The notes beneath the pieces were generated by a model. That model did not search any database. It had not been told where the DNA came from and saw nothing but the letters and a program-made list of their open reading frames with translations. Both the position numbers and the translations under genes were made by a program. Of a stretch of DNA of 64,000 nt, positions 55,743 to 64,000 are shown piece by piece (positions within the stretch are counted from its first letter, which is position 1; every line of letters starts with the position of its first letter). Source of the stretch: Parvibaculum sp. (lineage in GTDB: Bacteria; Pseudomonadota; Alphaproteobacteria; Parvibaculales; Parvibaculaceae); the NCBI RefSeq assembly GCF_039973015.1, contig NZ_JBDWLT010000008.1, forward strand, positions 554,052-618,051. The letters are read 5' to 3'.

Positions 55743-56663
55743 TCAGACGCCGAGTCCTTCGATCACCAGAGATTCAAGGTTCGTGCGCATTTCATCGGGA
55801 ATGGGGATCGCCTTGCGCGTGGTGAGGTCGAGCGCGATGGCGACAGCTTCCGCCGTGGCGACGGCCTCGCCGCTCTCCACATCGAAAAGCCAATGGCACC
55901 AGGTATAGGTCTTGGGGCCGACCTGCTTGAGCCCGCTGCGAAGCGTGAGCACATCGCCCGCGCGCGGATGACGGCGATAGACGAAGCGATATTCAAGCGC
56001 GGCGCCGCCGACGCTCGGCGTCTTCGAGCGATCCGCGCCGCTCGTCTGGGCGAGCAGATTCGGGATGCCGTCCGAGACGATGCCCATGAAATGACGGATG
56101 AGGAGGAAGCCCTGCCCGTCGCATTGCGCGGTTTCAACCTCGCCCTGCCATGTGCGGACCATGCCCATGCCATCGGCATCCTTCAGCTTCGGCGCCGGGC
56201 GCGGCTCGTAGATTTCGAGACCGCGTGGGGAACCATGCGCGGGAAGTTCGACGACGAGCTTCTTCGCGGTCTCCTTCGCCTTTGCGGGCAGCGGCTTCAC
56301 CTCGCGCGTTTCCTCGTCCAGCAGTTCGACCTCGGCGATGAAGCTTGCGGCGGGCTCGCCCGAAACGGTGCTGACCATTTCCTCGTAAACACGAAGGCCG
56401 AAGTCGCGCACCTCCAGCACACCCGCGCGAAGGAAGAAAGGCGCGCCGGGGCGCTGCTCACGCAGGAAGCGGACATGATGATCGCGCACGAAAAGACGCG
56501 CGCCCTCGTTGCGCGCGTAGCGGGGGCCGAGACCGAGGGCGAGCGAAAGCGCGGCGAGCCCCTGCCCCGCCTTTTCGACATAGAACTGCACATTCATATG
56601 GCCCATCTGGTCGCATTCCCAGGTCTGGACGCTGGAACGCGCAACTTCGATCATCTCACTCAT
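55743..56663 (-). CDS. Double-hotdog acyl-CoA thioesterase (4HBT-type)
   Basis: Two hotdog repeats, the first with the motif WECDQMGHMNVQFY. Paralogue of 56700..57662. Confidence 0.7.
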   Translation of the reverse strand: MSEMIEVARSSVQTWECDQMGHMNVQFYVEKAGQGLAALSLALGLGPRYARNEGARLFVRDHHVRFLREQRPGAPFFLRAGVLEVRDFGLRVYEEMVSTVSGEPAASFIAEVELLDEETREVKPLPAKAKETAKKLVVELPAHGSPRGLEIYEPRPAPKLKDADGMGMVRTWQGEVETAQCDGQGFLLIRHFMGIVSDGIPNLLAQTSGADRSKTPSVGGAALEYRFVYRRHPRAGDVLTLRSGLKQVGPKTYTWCHWLFDVESGEAVATAEAVAIALDLTTRKAIPIPDEMRTNLESLVIEGLGV

Positions 56664-56699
56664 TCTTCTTTTCCGTTTTTCAAGTGACGAATTCAAAAC

Positions 56700-57662
56700 T
56701 CAAAGGCGGGCGCGGATCGGCGCCGGCAGGGGAACGGCCTTGCGGCTTGCCTTGTCGAAAAGAAGGGCCGCACCTTCCGCCGCGCAGGCAGGCTCGCCCG
56801 TGTCGCCGCTGAAGAGCCAGTGGCGATAGCGCACCGTCTTGCCCTCGCCGGGCAAAATGGCCGTGCGCACGAAGAGCGTTTCGCCCGCGCGCAGCTCGCG
56901 CAGATAAGTGAGGCGCATTTCGACCGTCGCCGTGGCGAGGCCGCGGGCGGCCTGTTCGTGACGGCCGAGACCGGCATGGGCCCACATGTGCCCCTGCGCA
57001 TCGGAAAAGCGCGCCATGTAGAAGCGCGCATTCATATGGGCGTTGGTATCGCATTCCCATGTGTTCACGACGGAGCGGTTCGTCTCGACCATGCCGAGCT
57101 CATCGGCACGGGCAAGCGAGACATCGCGTTCCACCGCCTCGCGCGGAATCGAACGGGGTTCAGCCTCCGGCGGCAATGCGACCTGCATTTCCCCGGCCCG
57201 TGCGCGCACATGATCCGGCCAGTTCGTGAGGCGGCGCGTTTCGAGATCGAGGCAGCCGGTATCGACCACATAGGTCGCGGCAAGCCTGCCATCCAACGCC
57301 TCCGACATTTCCTGATAGATGCGCATGGTCCTGTCGCGCATTTCGACGATGCCGGAGCGGATCACCACAAGGTCGCTCGCGCGGAGTTCGCGGTGAAAAC
57401 GGATGTGATGTTCAAGCGCGACATAGCCGAGGCCCGAGGCGTCCTGATCGAGCGCGCCGTGGCCCAGCGCGACGCGCAGATTATAGGAGCTGTCGGAACT
57501 CTTCGAGATGTAGTGCTGGATGTTCATGTGGCCCATCTCGTCGCATTCCTGCAACGAGACGTAACCGCGATAGGTGTCGAGGAAGCCGGTCATTTGTGTC
57601 TGGGAAAGTGTAATGGCGGGTGGCGAAGCATAGGGGCCGGAACGCCGGTTGTCATGGCTCAC
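56700..57662 (-). CDS. Double-hotdog acyl-CoA thioesterase (paralogue)
   Basis: LQECDEMGHMNIQHY and TWECDTNAHMNARFY motifs. The GTG start overlaps the TetR stop (GTGA). Confidence 0.7.
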   Translation of the reverse strand: MSHDNRRSGPYASPPAITLSQTQMTGFLDTYRGYVSLQECDEMGHMNIQHYISKSSDSSYNLRVALGHGALDQDASGLGYVALEHHIRFHRELRASDLVVIRSGIVEMRDRTMRIYQEMSEALDGRLAATYVVDTGCLDLETRRLTNWPDHVRARAGEMQVALPPEAEPRSIPREAVERDVSLARADELGMVETNRSVVNTWECDTNAHMNARFYMARFSDAQGHMWAHAGLGRHEQAARGLATATVEMRLTYLRELRAGETLFVRTAILPGEGKTVRYRHWLFSGDTGEPACAAEGAALLFDKASRKAVPLPAPIRARL

Positions 57663-58267
57663 GGGAGAGAGGCCAGGCGATGCCCCAGGAGGCTTTCGGC
57701 GGTGAAGCCGAGCGGCGCGAGGCGGCCCGAGGCGTCGAGCACACGAAGGCCGATCAGGAAGGCAGCGAGACAGAGGATCTCGCGATGCGCGGCCACGCCT
57801 TCAAGCCCCGTCGCGGCGCGAAGCGGCCCGCCCAATGCTTCGAGGATGGCAATGACGCGGCCCGTGACCGCACGGTCGAGGCCGGGCGGCACGCCCTCCG
57901 CCGAGATGAGCCTTCCCGCGAGGCGGAGATGGGGCGCATTTCCGGCGGCCGCGTTCAGCGCCTCCTGCGCGGCGGCTTCGAGTGCGGCCTGCGGAGAGGC
58001 CGCGCGCTCGGCGGCTTCGCGCATCCGCCTTGCCAGATGGCCGAGCTCTTCCGCCGCGAGGGCAATGGCGAGTTCGTCAATGCCTGCGAAATAGGAATAG
58101 ACGGCACCCGGCGCATAGCCGGCTTCGGCGGCGACCGCACGGATGGTAAGCGCCTCGGGGCCGTGCCGGTCGCAGACGCGGCGCGCGGCGGCGAGGATCG
58201 ATTTCCGCTTATGGTCACGAAGATCGGACCGGCGCCTTTCGGCGGGCTTTTGTTCGGCTGCGTTCAT
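57659..58267 (-). CDS. TetR-family transcriptional regulator
   Basis: HTH: ILAAARRVCDRHGPEALTIRAVAAEAGYAPGAVYSYF. Start at the ATG at 58267. Confidence 0.85.
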   Translation of the reverse strand: MNAAEQKPAERRRSDLRDHKRKSILAAARRVCDRHGPEALTIRAVAAEAGYAPGAVYSYFAGIDELAIALAAEELGHLARRMREAAERAASPQAALEAAAQEALNAAAGNAPHLRLAGRLISAEGVPPGLDRAVTGRVIAILEALGGPLRAATGLEGVAAHREILCLAAFLIGLRVLDASGRLAPLGFTAESLLGHRLASLP

Positions 58268-58318
58268 CAAGTTCCCGGTCTCTGCCCTGCCCCTCACCGG
58301 CCTCACTGCGGAGAATTG

Positions 58319-58352
58319 TTGAATATATATCAATTATTTGAACATTGTTCAA
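58319..58352. promoter_or_regulatory. Two palindromic operator candidates for the adjacent TetR regulator
   Basis: TTGAATATATATCAA (58319-58333) and TTGAACATTGTTCAA (58338-52), both 15-bp palindromes, in the divergent region. Confidence 0.45.
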
Positions 58353-58397
58353 TTGATTGATAGAAACAGGGGACCACGCCGGAAAGAGGAGGAATCA

Positions 58398-58610
58398 GTG
58401 ACCTTTAACAAAGGGGTGCGCCAGACCCACCGCTGGCTGTCGATCGTCTTTACGCTGACCGTCATCGCGAACTTCGCCACGATGGCGGCGGTAGGGGAGC
58501 CGCCCATGTGGGTGGTCTATTCGCCCCTGCCTCCGCTTTTCCTGATGCTTGCAACCGGGCTCTGGATGTTCTTCATCCCTTACGCCGCCAGGGGACGCAG
58601 CGGGGCCTAA
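58398..58610 (+). CDS. Small two-TM membrane protein (70 aa)
   Basis: GTG at 58398, 5 nt after [29 protein letters not shown]... and [20 protein letters not shown] are hydrophobic segments. Confidence 0.5.
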   Translation: MTFNKGVRQTHRWLSIVFTLTVIANFATMAAVGEPPMWVVYSPLPPLFLMLATGLWMFFIPYAARGRSGA

Positions 58611-59572
58611 CCCGCCACGCTCTTCAGGAAATCGTCCATGCGCTTGTTGGCGGCGGCGGCAAGCGCGCCGGGGAAGGCAATGAAACCGTGCGCCCCGCCG
58701 GGGAAGACGGCGAGTTCCGCCTCGTTGCCCGCCGCGATCCAGCGCGCATGCATGAAGAGGCTGTCGTCCATCAGCGCATCGCGGGTGCCGATGGTGAAGA
58801 GGGCGGGCGGCATATCATGCAGGCGCGCATAGAGCGGTGAAATATCAGGGTCGCGCCGGTCGAGATGCGGCGGCAGGAAGGCGTCGCCGAACTTCTCGAT
58901 ATCGATGGTGCGCAGGATCAGCCGCTCGTTGCCAAAGTCGCGCTGGCTCGGCGTCATCGACATATCGAAGGCCCCGAAGACGAGGTTCGCGCCCTTGAAA
59001 TCCGTGAAACCGTGGCGGTCGCGCATGCGCAGGATGGTGACGGCGGAGAGATGCCCGCCCGCGGACTCACCGCCGATGGTGAGGATGTCCGTGCCGAATT
59101 CCGTCTTCGCGTTTTTCGCGAGCCAGACCGCTGCCGCCTCGCAATCATCCGCGCCCGCGGGATAAGGATTTTCGGGCGCGAGGCGATATTCGACGCTGAC
59201 ACAGGCGAGCCCCGTATTGTCGGCAATGCGCTCCAGCATGGGATCCTGCTGATCGGCGCCGCCGAGCACCCAGCCGCCGCCATGAATATGGAGGTAGACG
59301 CCTTTCGGGCTTCCTTCCGGCGCAATGACCCGGAGCGTCACCTTGCCCACCTTGCCGTCGATCTCGATTTCCCTCGCGCGTGGCGACTTCGGCGCAAGGG
59401 GGAACGCCCCCTCGCCGCGCGCTCGCTCATCGCGGAAGGCTTGCACGCCCGTCTCCCACCATTCGGGCATGTCCTTCATGGCGCCGATGATCAGGTCGTT
59501 GATGCCTTTCGTTTCCTCGGAGATGGCATCGGCGGTGAAAAGCTTCGGATCGAACGGATTGCTGCCTGACAT
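58607..59572 (-). CDS. Alpha/beta hydrolase, hormone-sensitive-lipase-like esterase
   Basis: HGGGW oxyanion motif and GESAGG nucleophile elbow. Confidence 0.85.
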   Translation of the reverse strand: MSGSNPFDPKLFTADAISEETKGINDLIIGAMKDMPEWWETGVQAFRDERARGEGAFPLAPKSPRAREIEIDGKVGKVTLRVIAPEGSPKGVYLHIHGGGWVLGGADQQDPMLERIADNTGLACVSVEYRLAPENPYPAGADDCEAAAVWLAKNAKTEFGTDILTIGGESAGGHLSAVTILRMRDRHGFTDFKGANLVFGAFDMSMTPSQRDFGNERLILRTIDIEKFGDAFLPPHLDRRDPDISPLYARLHDMPPALFTIGTRDALMDDSLFMHARWIAAGNEAELAVFPGGAHGFIAFPGALAAAANKRMDDFLKSVAG

Positions 59573-59642
59573 GTTTTTCAGAGTCCTTCGTAGCGGATTT
59601 GTTTTTCGTTGAATGAAGTAGAGCGGAAATCGGCGAGACCGT

Positions 59643-60677
59643 CTACGAGACGCGCCAGCCCCAATGATCCGCGCCTGCATCCATGCGGGAGGTCACTTCG
59701 AGTTTCAGGCGGCGGTTGTGGACGGCGAGCGCGCCTTCGAAAAGTGCGTTCCAGGCATCGAAGCAGGCGGGGGTCACGCCCTCCTTGCCGTTCATCATGC
59801 GCCAGGAGCGTGTCTTCACCTCATTGCCCGCAGCTTCCGCCGCATCGCCGCCCGCATCGAGCAGCGTTGCAAGATACGCGGCGAAGGATTGCGGGTCATT
59901 CGCCCTGGTGCCGATGAAGGCGGCGGTCGCGTCGTAGCATTGCATGCCGATGAGGCGGCCGGTTTCCTGCCCAAGAGTGCGCGCTTCCTCTTCACCGAAG
60001 AGCGAGACGGCGGCGGGCAGGATCGAGCGGATATATTGCACGGCGTAATTGCGCTTCGCCTTCACCATGCGCTCTTGCGACCATTCGACATGGGGAAGCT
60101 TCGCGGGATCGACATCCGGTCCTTCCTCGTCGAAGCGAAAACGGAGACGCTCATCCTCGGCGAGCGGGCGATCCTCCTCGATAAAGTAACCCTCAAGACA
60201 GGGATCGACGCGGGTCGTGATCGAGGTGCAGACGAAGCCGAGATTGGGATTGCCGAGCGAGACGCCGACCTGCGAATGGAAGCCGCGCATGAAGGCGATG
60301 CTGACATCGTTCGGCACGGCGCAGATGGCCGCGCCATCCCAGATCCAGCGCGGCGGCAGATAGCGCACCCATGCCTTCTTGTCATTCTCGGGAATGAACT
60401 CGCATTTCACGCCGCCGACATGGTTTGCGAGATAGATATATTGCGCACAGGCGACGGCGGGCGGGAGCTTGTCGAGGCCGAGGCTTTTCCAGCCGGCGAG
60501 AAACTTCTCCAGATGCTGGGCACGGAAGGTGCGGAAATTCAGTTCGGTTCCCGCTTCCGCGCCCTTGAAGACGATGGCGCGCAAGATGAGCCCGGTCAGA
60601 AAGCGCTGATGAAGTTCCGCGCTCGCGCGCCAGGCATTGAGTTCCCGTTCCGTCGCCTTTACCGATGCTTTGACCAT
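59643..60677 (-). CDS. Conserved-looking hypothetical protein (344 aa)
   Basis: Coding-like composition. ATG at 60677 with GGGGAGGGG upstream. No family recognised. Confidence 0.55.
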   Translation of the reverse strand: MVKASVKATERELNAWRASAELHQRFLTGLILRAIVFKGAEAGTELNFRTFRAQHLEKFLAGWKSLGLDKLPPAVACAQYIYLANHVGGVKCEFIPENDKKAWVRYLPPRWIWDGAAICAVPNDVSIAFMRGFHSQVGVSLGNPNLGFVCTSITTRVDPCLEGYFIEEDRPLAEDERLRFRFDEEGPDVDPAKLPHVEWSQERMVKAKRNYAVQYIRSILPAAVSLFGEEEARTLGQETGRLIGMQCYDATAAFIGTRANDPQSFAAYLATLLDAGGDAAEAAGNEVKTRSWRMMNGKEGVTPACFDAWNALFEGALAVHNRRLKLEVTSRMDAGADHWGWRVS

Positions 60678-60720
60678 CCACCCCTCCCCTGTTTGTGCTT
60701 TTGGGGAGGGAGAATAGCGC

Positions 60721-61350
60721 TCAAACGGCGGCAGCGTAAGGCGGGGCGGGATCGTATTGCATGGCGAGCTGGGTGAGGCGGGCGTGGTCTTCACCATGCA
60801 TCTGGCCGACGAGCCAGAGCGCCATGTCGATACCTGCCGAAACGCCTGCCGCGGTGACGACATTGCCGTCGCGGACGTAGCGGATGTTCTCAAGCACCGT
60901 GCCCGCCTCGCCGCGCTCGCGAAGAGCCGGGATGAAGCCCCAATGTGTCGTCACGCGCTTGCCCTTTGCCGGACCGGCGGCGGTGAGAAGCATTGCGCCG
61001 GTGCAGACGCTGGTCACCCATTCGCATGTCTCCGACGTCTTCGCGATCCAGGAAAGAAGGGCGGCGTTTTCGACTTCGCGGCGCGTACCCATGCCGCCGG
61101 GAACGAGAATGATGTCGAGGGGCCCCGCCTCCGCAATCGAGGCATGGGCTTCGACCGTCATGCCCTTGGCGCCCGTAACCGGTTTCCCCGTCTCGGTGAT
61201 CAGCGTCACGCGGTCCGGGCGCTCGCGCCCCTCGCGGCCATGCATCTCGTTCGACATGGTGAAGACCTCATAGGGCCCGACGAAATCGAGTTCCTCGACG
61301 CCATCGAAAATCAGGATGCCGATGTTGCGGTTCTGTACGGTGGGAGCCAT
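60721..61350 (-). CDS. DJ-1/PfpI family protein
   Basis: IGILIFDGVEELDFVGPYEVF and the nucleophile-elbow Cys (VTSVCTGAMLL). Confidence 0.85.
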   Translation of the reverse strand: MAPTVQNRNIGILIFDGVEELDFVGPYEVFTMSNEMHGREGRERPDRVTLITETGKPVTGAKGMTVEAHASIAEAGPLDIILVPGGMGTRREVENAALLSWIAKTSETCEWVTSVCTGAMLLTAAGPAKGKRVTTHWGFIPALRERGEAGTVLENIRYVRDGNVVTAAGVSAGIDMALWLVGQMHGEDHARLTQLAMQYDPAPPYAAAV

Positions 61351-61358
61351 GACGTGCC

Positions 61359-62039
61359 TCAAAGAGATGGTTGAAGGAAACGGGGTTCTTTGGCGTTCAT
61401 CTGCACTTCGAGCGCCGTTTCCTCGGCTGCGCGAATGATGTCGTGAATGTGCGCTGGCGCTTCGTCGGCCGAACCGTAGCTGAAGGGCGGATGAGGGTAG
61501 TATTCAATACCAAGCTGGATCGTCTTGGCGATTTCCTCTCCGGCGATCAGACGGGCGAGATAGAGAGCGCCGTCCATGCCCGCCGAGACGCCTGCCGTGG
61601 TCACAATCTTGCCGTCGCGGCGATAGCGATCGGTCACGACATGCGCGCCGAAAGAGGCGACCGACTCTCGAGCGTAGTAGTTCGTCGTCACCGTCTTTCC
61701 TTTCAGGATACCGGCGGCGGCGAGAATTTCCACGCCATTGCAGACACCGAACGTCCATGTGGAGCCTTCATGCAGGCGGCGGATGAAAGCGAGCGTCGCC
61801 TCATTGGTCATTTGCGGGCGGCCGCCCGGCCCGCCCGGCACATAGAGAATGTCCGTCGCTTCGACTTCGGAATAGTCGCGCCAGGCCGCCATGCCACCGG
61901 AGCGAAGATCATCCGCGATGATGGTTTTTCTTTCCGCGACGAACTCCACTTCGGCACCAGGCAGCCATCCGAGAACGGCATAGCCACCAACGGCGTCGAG
62001 CATTGTGAAGCCATCAAACAGAAGAATGGTTATGCGCAT
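61359..62039 (-). CDS. DJ-1/PfpI family protein (paralogue)
   Basis: MRITILLFDGFTMLDAVGGYAVL, FGVCNGVEILA. Start at the ATG at 62039. Confidence 0.8.
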   Translation of the reverse strand: MRITILLFDGFTMLDAVGGYAVLGWLPGAEVEFVAERKTIIADDLRSGGMAAWRDYSEVEATDILYVPGGPGGRPQMTNEATLAFIRRLHEGSTWTFGVCNGVEILAAAGILKGKTVTTNYYARESVASFGAHVVTDRYRRDGKIVTTAGVSAGMDGALYLARLIAGEEIAKTIQLGIEYYPHPPFSYGSADEAPAHIHDIIRAAEETALEVQMNAKEPRFLQPSL

Positions 62040-63090
62040 CGGCGTCGCTTTCCATTGAGGTTGGCAGGAGATCGCGGCGCGCGGTGCGAAAGCGCTCGCG
62101 GTAGCGGCCCGGCGTAACACCGAGATGGCGAATAAAAGCGCGGCGCATGCGCTCTGCGGCGCCGAAACCTGCTTCCGCCGAAACCGCGTCGAGCGAGGCG
62201 CCGTTATTGGCGAGGCGCCTGCAGGCTTCATCGAGGCGGGCGCGCTCCACGAATTGCGCGGGCGTGAACCCCGTCTCCGAAGCGAAATGGCGGGCAAAAC
62301 TGCGCTCGCTCATGGCGGCGCGCGCGGCGAGCGCGGGCACCGACAAATCGGCCGCGGGATTTTCCACGATGAAGGTGCAGAGACTGGCGAGGCGCGGATG
62401 CTCCACGCGCTGCGCGGCGAGTTGCGCGGAGAATTGCGACTGCCCGCCGGGGCGCATCAAGTACATGACATGGTGGCGAGCGAGCGTGAGCGCAATTTCG
62501 CGGCCGAGGTCTTCCTCGATGAGAGCGAGCGCAAGGTCCATACCGGCCGTTACACCGGCAGAGGTCCATATCTTGCCGTCGCGAACATAGATCGCGTCCT
62601 CTTCCACCACGACCTTGGGGAAGCGCTTGCGCATGATGGGGGCGTAGGCCCAGTGGGTCGTCGCCCGGCGCCGGTCGAGAAGGCCTGCGGCGGCAAGGAC
62701 GACAGAGCCGGTGCAGATGGAAACCACACGGCGGGCGCTGAAGGCTGCATTGCGGACAAAAGCAAGCAGGTGCTCGTTTTCCATCGCGGCGCGCGAGCCC
62801 TCACCCCCCGTCACCATGAATGTATCGAGGGAGGCGAACTCCGCCGGTGCCACATCGGCAATCGAGCGTTCGACACGGAAGACAAGACCGCAGGTCGTGG
62901 AAACAGGGCCGCGCTCCTCCGAGACCAGCTCCACCTCATAGGCGGGCGCGCCAGTCGCAGGGTTTATCGCGCTACTCAGAAGCTGGACGGGACCGGCGAT
63001 GTCGAGCACCTGCGCCGCGTCATAGACGAGCATCATGACACGACGGGGGGCGCTGGCGGGGTTGCGGATGTTGCTGCCGGTTCTGGTCAT
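62014..63090 (-). CDS. GlxA-family regulator (DJ-1/PfpI-like N-domain plus AraC HTH)
   Basis: VMMLVYDAAQVLDIAGP..., ICTGSVVLAAAG, and C-terminal AraC-type HTH repeats (MSERSFARHFASETGFTPAQFVERARL...). Confidence 0.85.
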   Translation of the reverse strand: MTRTGSNIRNPASAPRRVMMLVYDAAQVLDIAGPVQLLSSAINPATGAPAYEVELVSEERGPVSTTCGLVFRVERSIADVAPAEFASLDTFMVTGGEGSRAAMENEHLLAFVRNAAFSARRVVSICTGSVVLAAAGLLDRRRATTHWAYAPIMRKRFPKVVVEEDAIYVRDGKIWTSAGVTAGMDLALALIEEDLGREIALTLARHHVMYLMRPGGQSQFSAQLAAQRVEHPRLASLCTFIVENPAADLSVPALAARAAMSERSFARHFASETGFTPAQFVERARLDEACRRLANNGASLDAVSAEAGFGAAERMRRAFIRHLGVTPGRYRERFRTARRDLLPTSMESDADAHNHSSV

Positions 63091-63682
63091 GCAGGGAGAT
63101 TAGGCTCACAGAGGCGTGGCTGAAATGACAAATTACCAGCATTTTCCGCCAATACTTTACGCAGGGGCGCCCGTGAGTGAATCAGCCTGCAAAATGGCTG
63201 AAATCAGGGGCTTTTTACATGAATGTCAGCGAAGTTTTTCAAATATTATGGTGTTTTTTCTTGTTGATTTATCATAAAACAATATAAGTGGGATAATTAT
63301 ATACAATATTGTCTTACGTCTATTGAGCGTGCCGGCGTTCCTGCCGAAGGTTGAATATCAGCTTGCGGTCCATACCGCCGAGCCCCGGCACAAGGGGCAA
63401 GCGGGGTGCCTTGGGAGAGGCGCCGGACGGCAGGGAGGGAACCCCAGCGCCCTTCGGGGCAATTCGACTTCTCAGGTTAAACCGGTGCATCGCGAAGCGG
63501 TGCGCCAGCGCTTATGCAGGACATCTGTTGCCTCTCAAGAGGCAGCCCGGGTGACGTCTGCCAGCCTGACCTCCCTTTTGAGCTGTTCGGAAACGCGCGT
63601 GACCCTCCGCATCTGCGGCGGGGGGCTGTGCAGGGTGAGGGCCGTTCCGGCAGGAACGGAAACCGGACAAGGAAAAGAAAGA

Positions 63683-64000
63683 ATGAGATTCAGGAGAGGA
63701 AATTACGGGGTCGCTGCGCTTGTTGGCGCCGCAACTCTTGGCCTGGCAGCGACCGCCCAGCCAGCGAATGCCACGGAGTACAAGTTCGGAGATACGACGC
63801 TTTCAATCGACTCCATTGCCTCGGTTGGCGTGATCGTCAGGGCCTCGAAGCAGGACTGCATGTATATCTCCGTACTGAACGGCGGCTGTGCCGACGGCAA
63901 GGGACAGTCGGCAAACATCAATACAGATGACGGCAACGTCAATTTCGAACAGTGGGATGTCGTCTCCGCACCGGTGAAGATTGTTTCCGACTTCGAGCTC
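63683..64000 (+). CDS. DUF1302-family outer-membrane protein, N-terminal fragment (runs off window)
   Basis: ATG at 63683 after GGAAAAGAAAG. Signal peptide MRFRRGNYGVAALVGAATLGLAATAQPANA, then EYKFGDTTLSIDSIASVGVIVRAS...NTDDGNVNFEQWDVVSAPVK resembles DUF1302 N-termini (from memory). Confidence 0.55.
   Translation, partial: MRFRRGNYGVAALVGAATLGLAATAQPANATEYKFGDTTLSIDSIASVGVIVRASKQDCMYISVLNGGCADGKGQSANINTDDGNVNFEQWDVVSAPVKIVSDFEL

Noticed and set aside
63400-63490. Glycine-riboswitch-like motifs in the DUF1302 leader: GGGAGAG, CGCCCTTCGGGGCAA and CTCAGG in the correct order, plus a second AAGGGGCAA at about 63391.
   Set aside because: Only 8 nt separate GGGGCAA from CTCAGG, so the obligatory P3a hairpin is missing. 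The GAAGG core reads CTTCGG. The downstream gene is not a glycine-metabolism gene. A cmsearch with RF00504 would settle it.
63520-63565. Possible second cobalamin riboswitch: AGCCCGGGTGACGTCTGCC resembles a B12 box, and outer-membrane genes are often B12-regulated.
   Set aside because: There is no GCCACTG block and no CCCGCAACTGTAA-like block, and the B12-box match needs a 2-nt insertion.

Overview
High-GC (about 63%) alphaproteobacterial chromosome segment; gene content and order look Rhizobiales/Parvibaculum-like, but that is an impression, not a search result. From about 0 to 32 kb it is mostly housekeeping: tRNA-Phe, yacG, RNase G, maf, infA, hisD, murA, tRNA-Thr, photolyase, a cobalamin-riboswitch-controlled BtuFCD-type importer, HU, class I ribonucleotide reductase nrdAB and proline iminopeptidase. 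From about 32 to 64 kb it is an accessory-looking lipid/beta-oxidation region with acyl-CoA dehydrogenases, MaoC dehydratases, a thiolase, PaaI and double-hotdog thioesterases, a crotonase, alpha/beta hydrolases, TetR regulators, DJ-1/PfpI proteins plus a GlxA regulator, and the start of a DUF1302 outer-membrane gene. I found no CRISPR array, IS element, integrase, rRNA or recognisable defence or toxin-antitoxin system, and I could not establish a complete novel multi-gene system. The items most worth follow-up are: (1) a composite intergenic element present three times, with three GTCAY repeats at exact 11-bp phasing flanked by TTATCCCCG motifs; (2) a roughly 3.4 kb low-GC, integrase-less four-gene island (CmcI-like methyltransferase, PhyH dioxygenase, two tandem serine-acetyltransferase-like paralogues) inside the beta-oxidation cluster, next to a 34-bp duplication of the thiolase 3' end; (3) three sigma-EcfG-type promoters in front of small uncharacterised proteins; (4) a three-hairpin C-rich-loop RNA candidate; (5) an encapsulated-ferritin homologue with no adjacent shell gene; (6) a TauD-family protein whose WHTD motif reads MMTD; (7) a 12-nt poly-C tract just upstream of a secreted-protein gene. 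Many long ORFs in the track are antisense shadows of real genes, typical of high-GC DNA, and were not called. Start codons were refined by eye from RBS and gene-overlap logic and are approximate.
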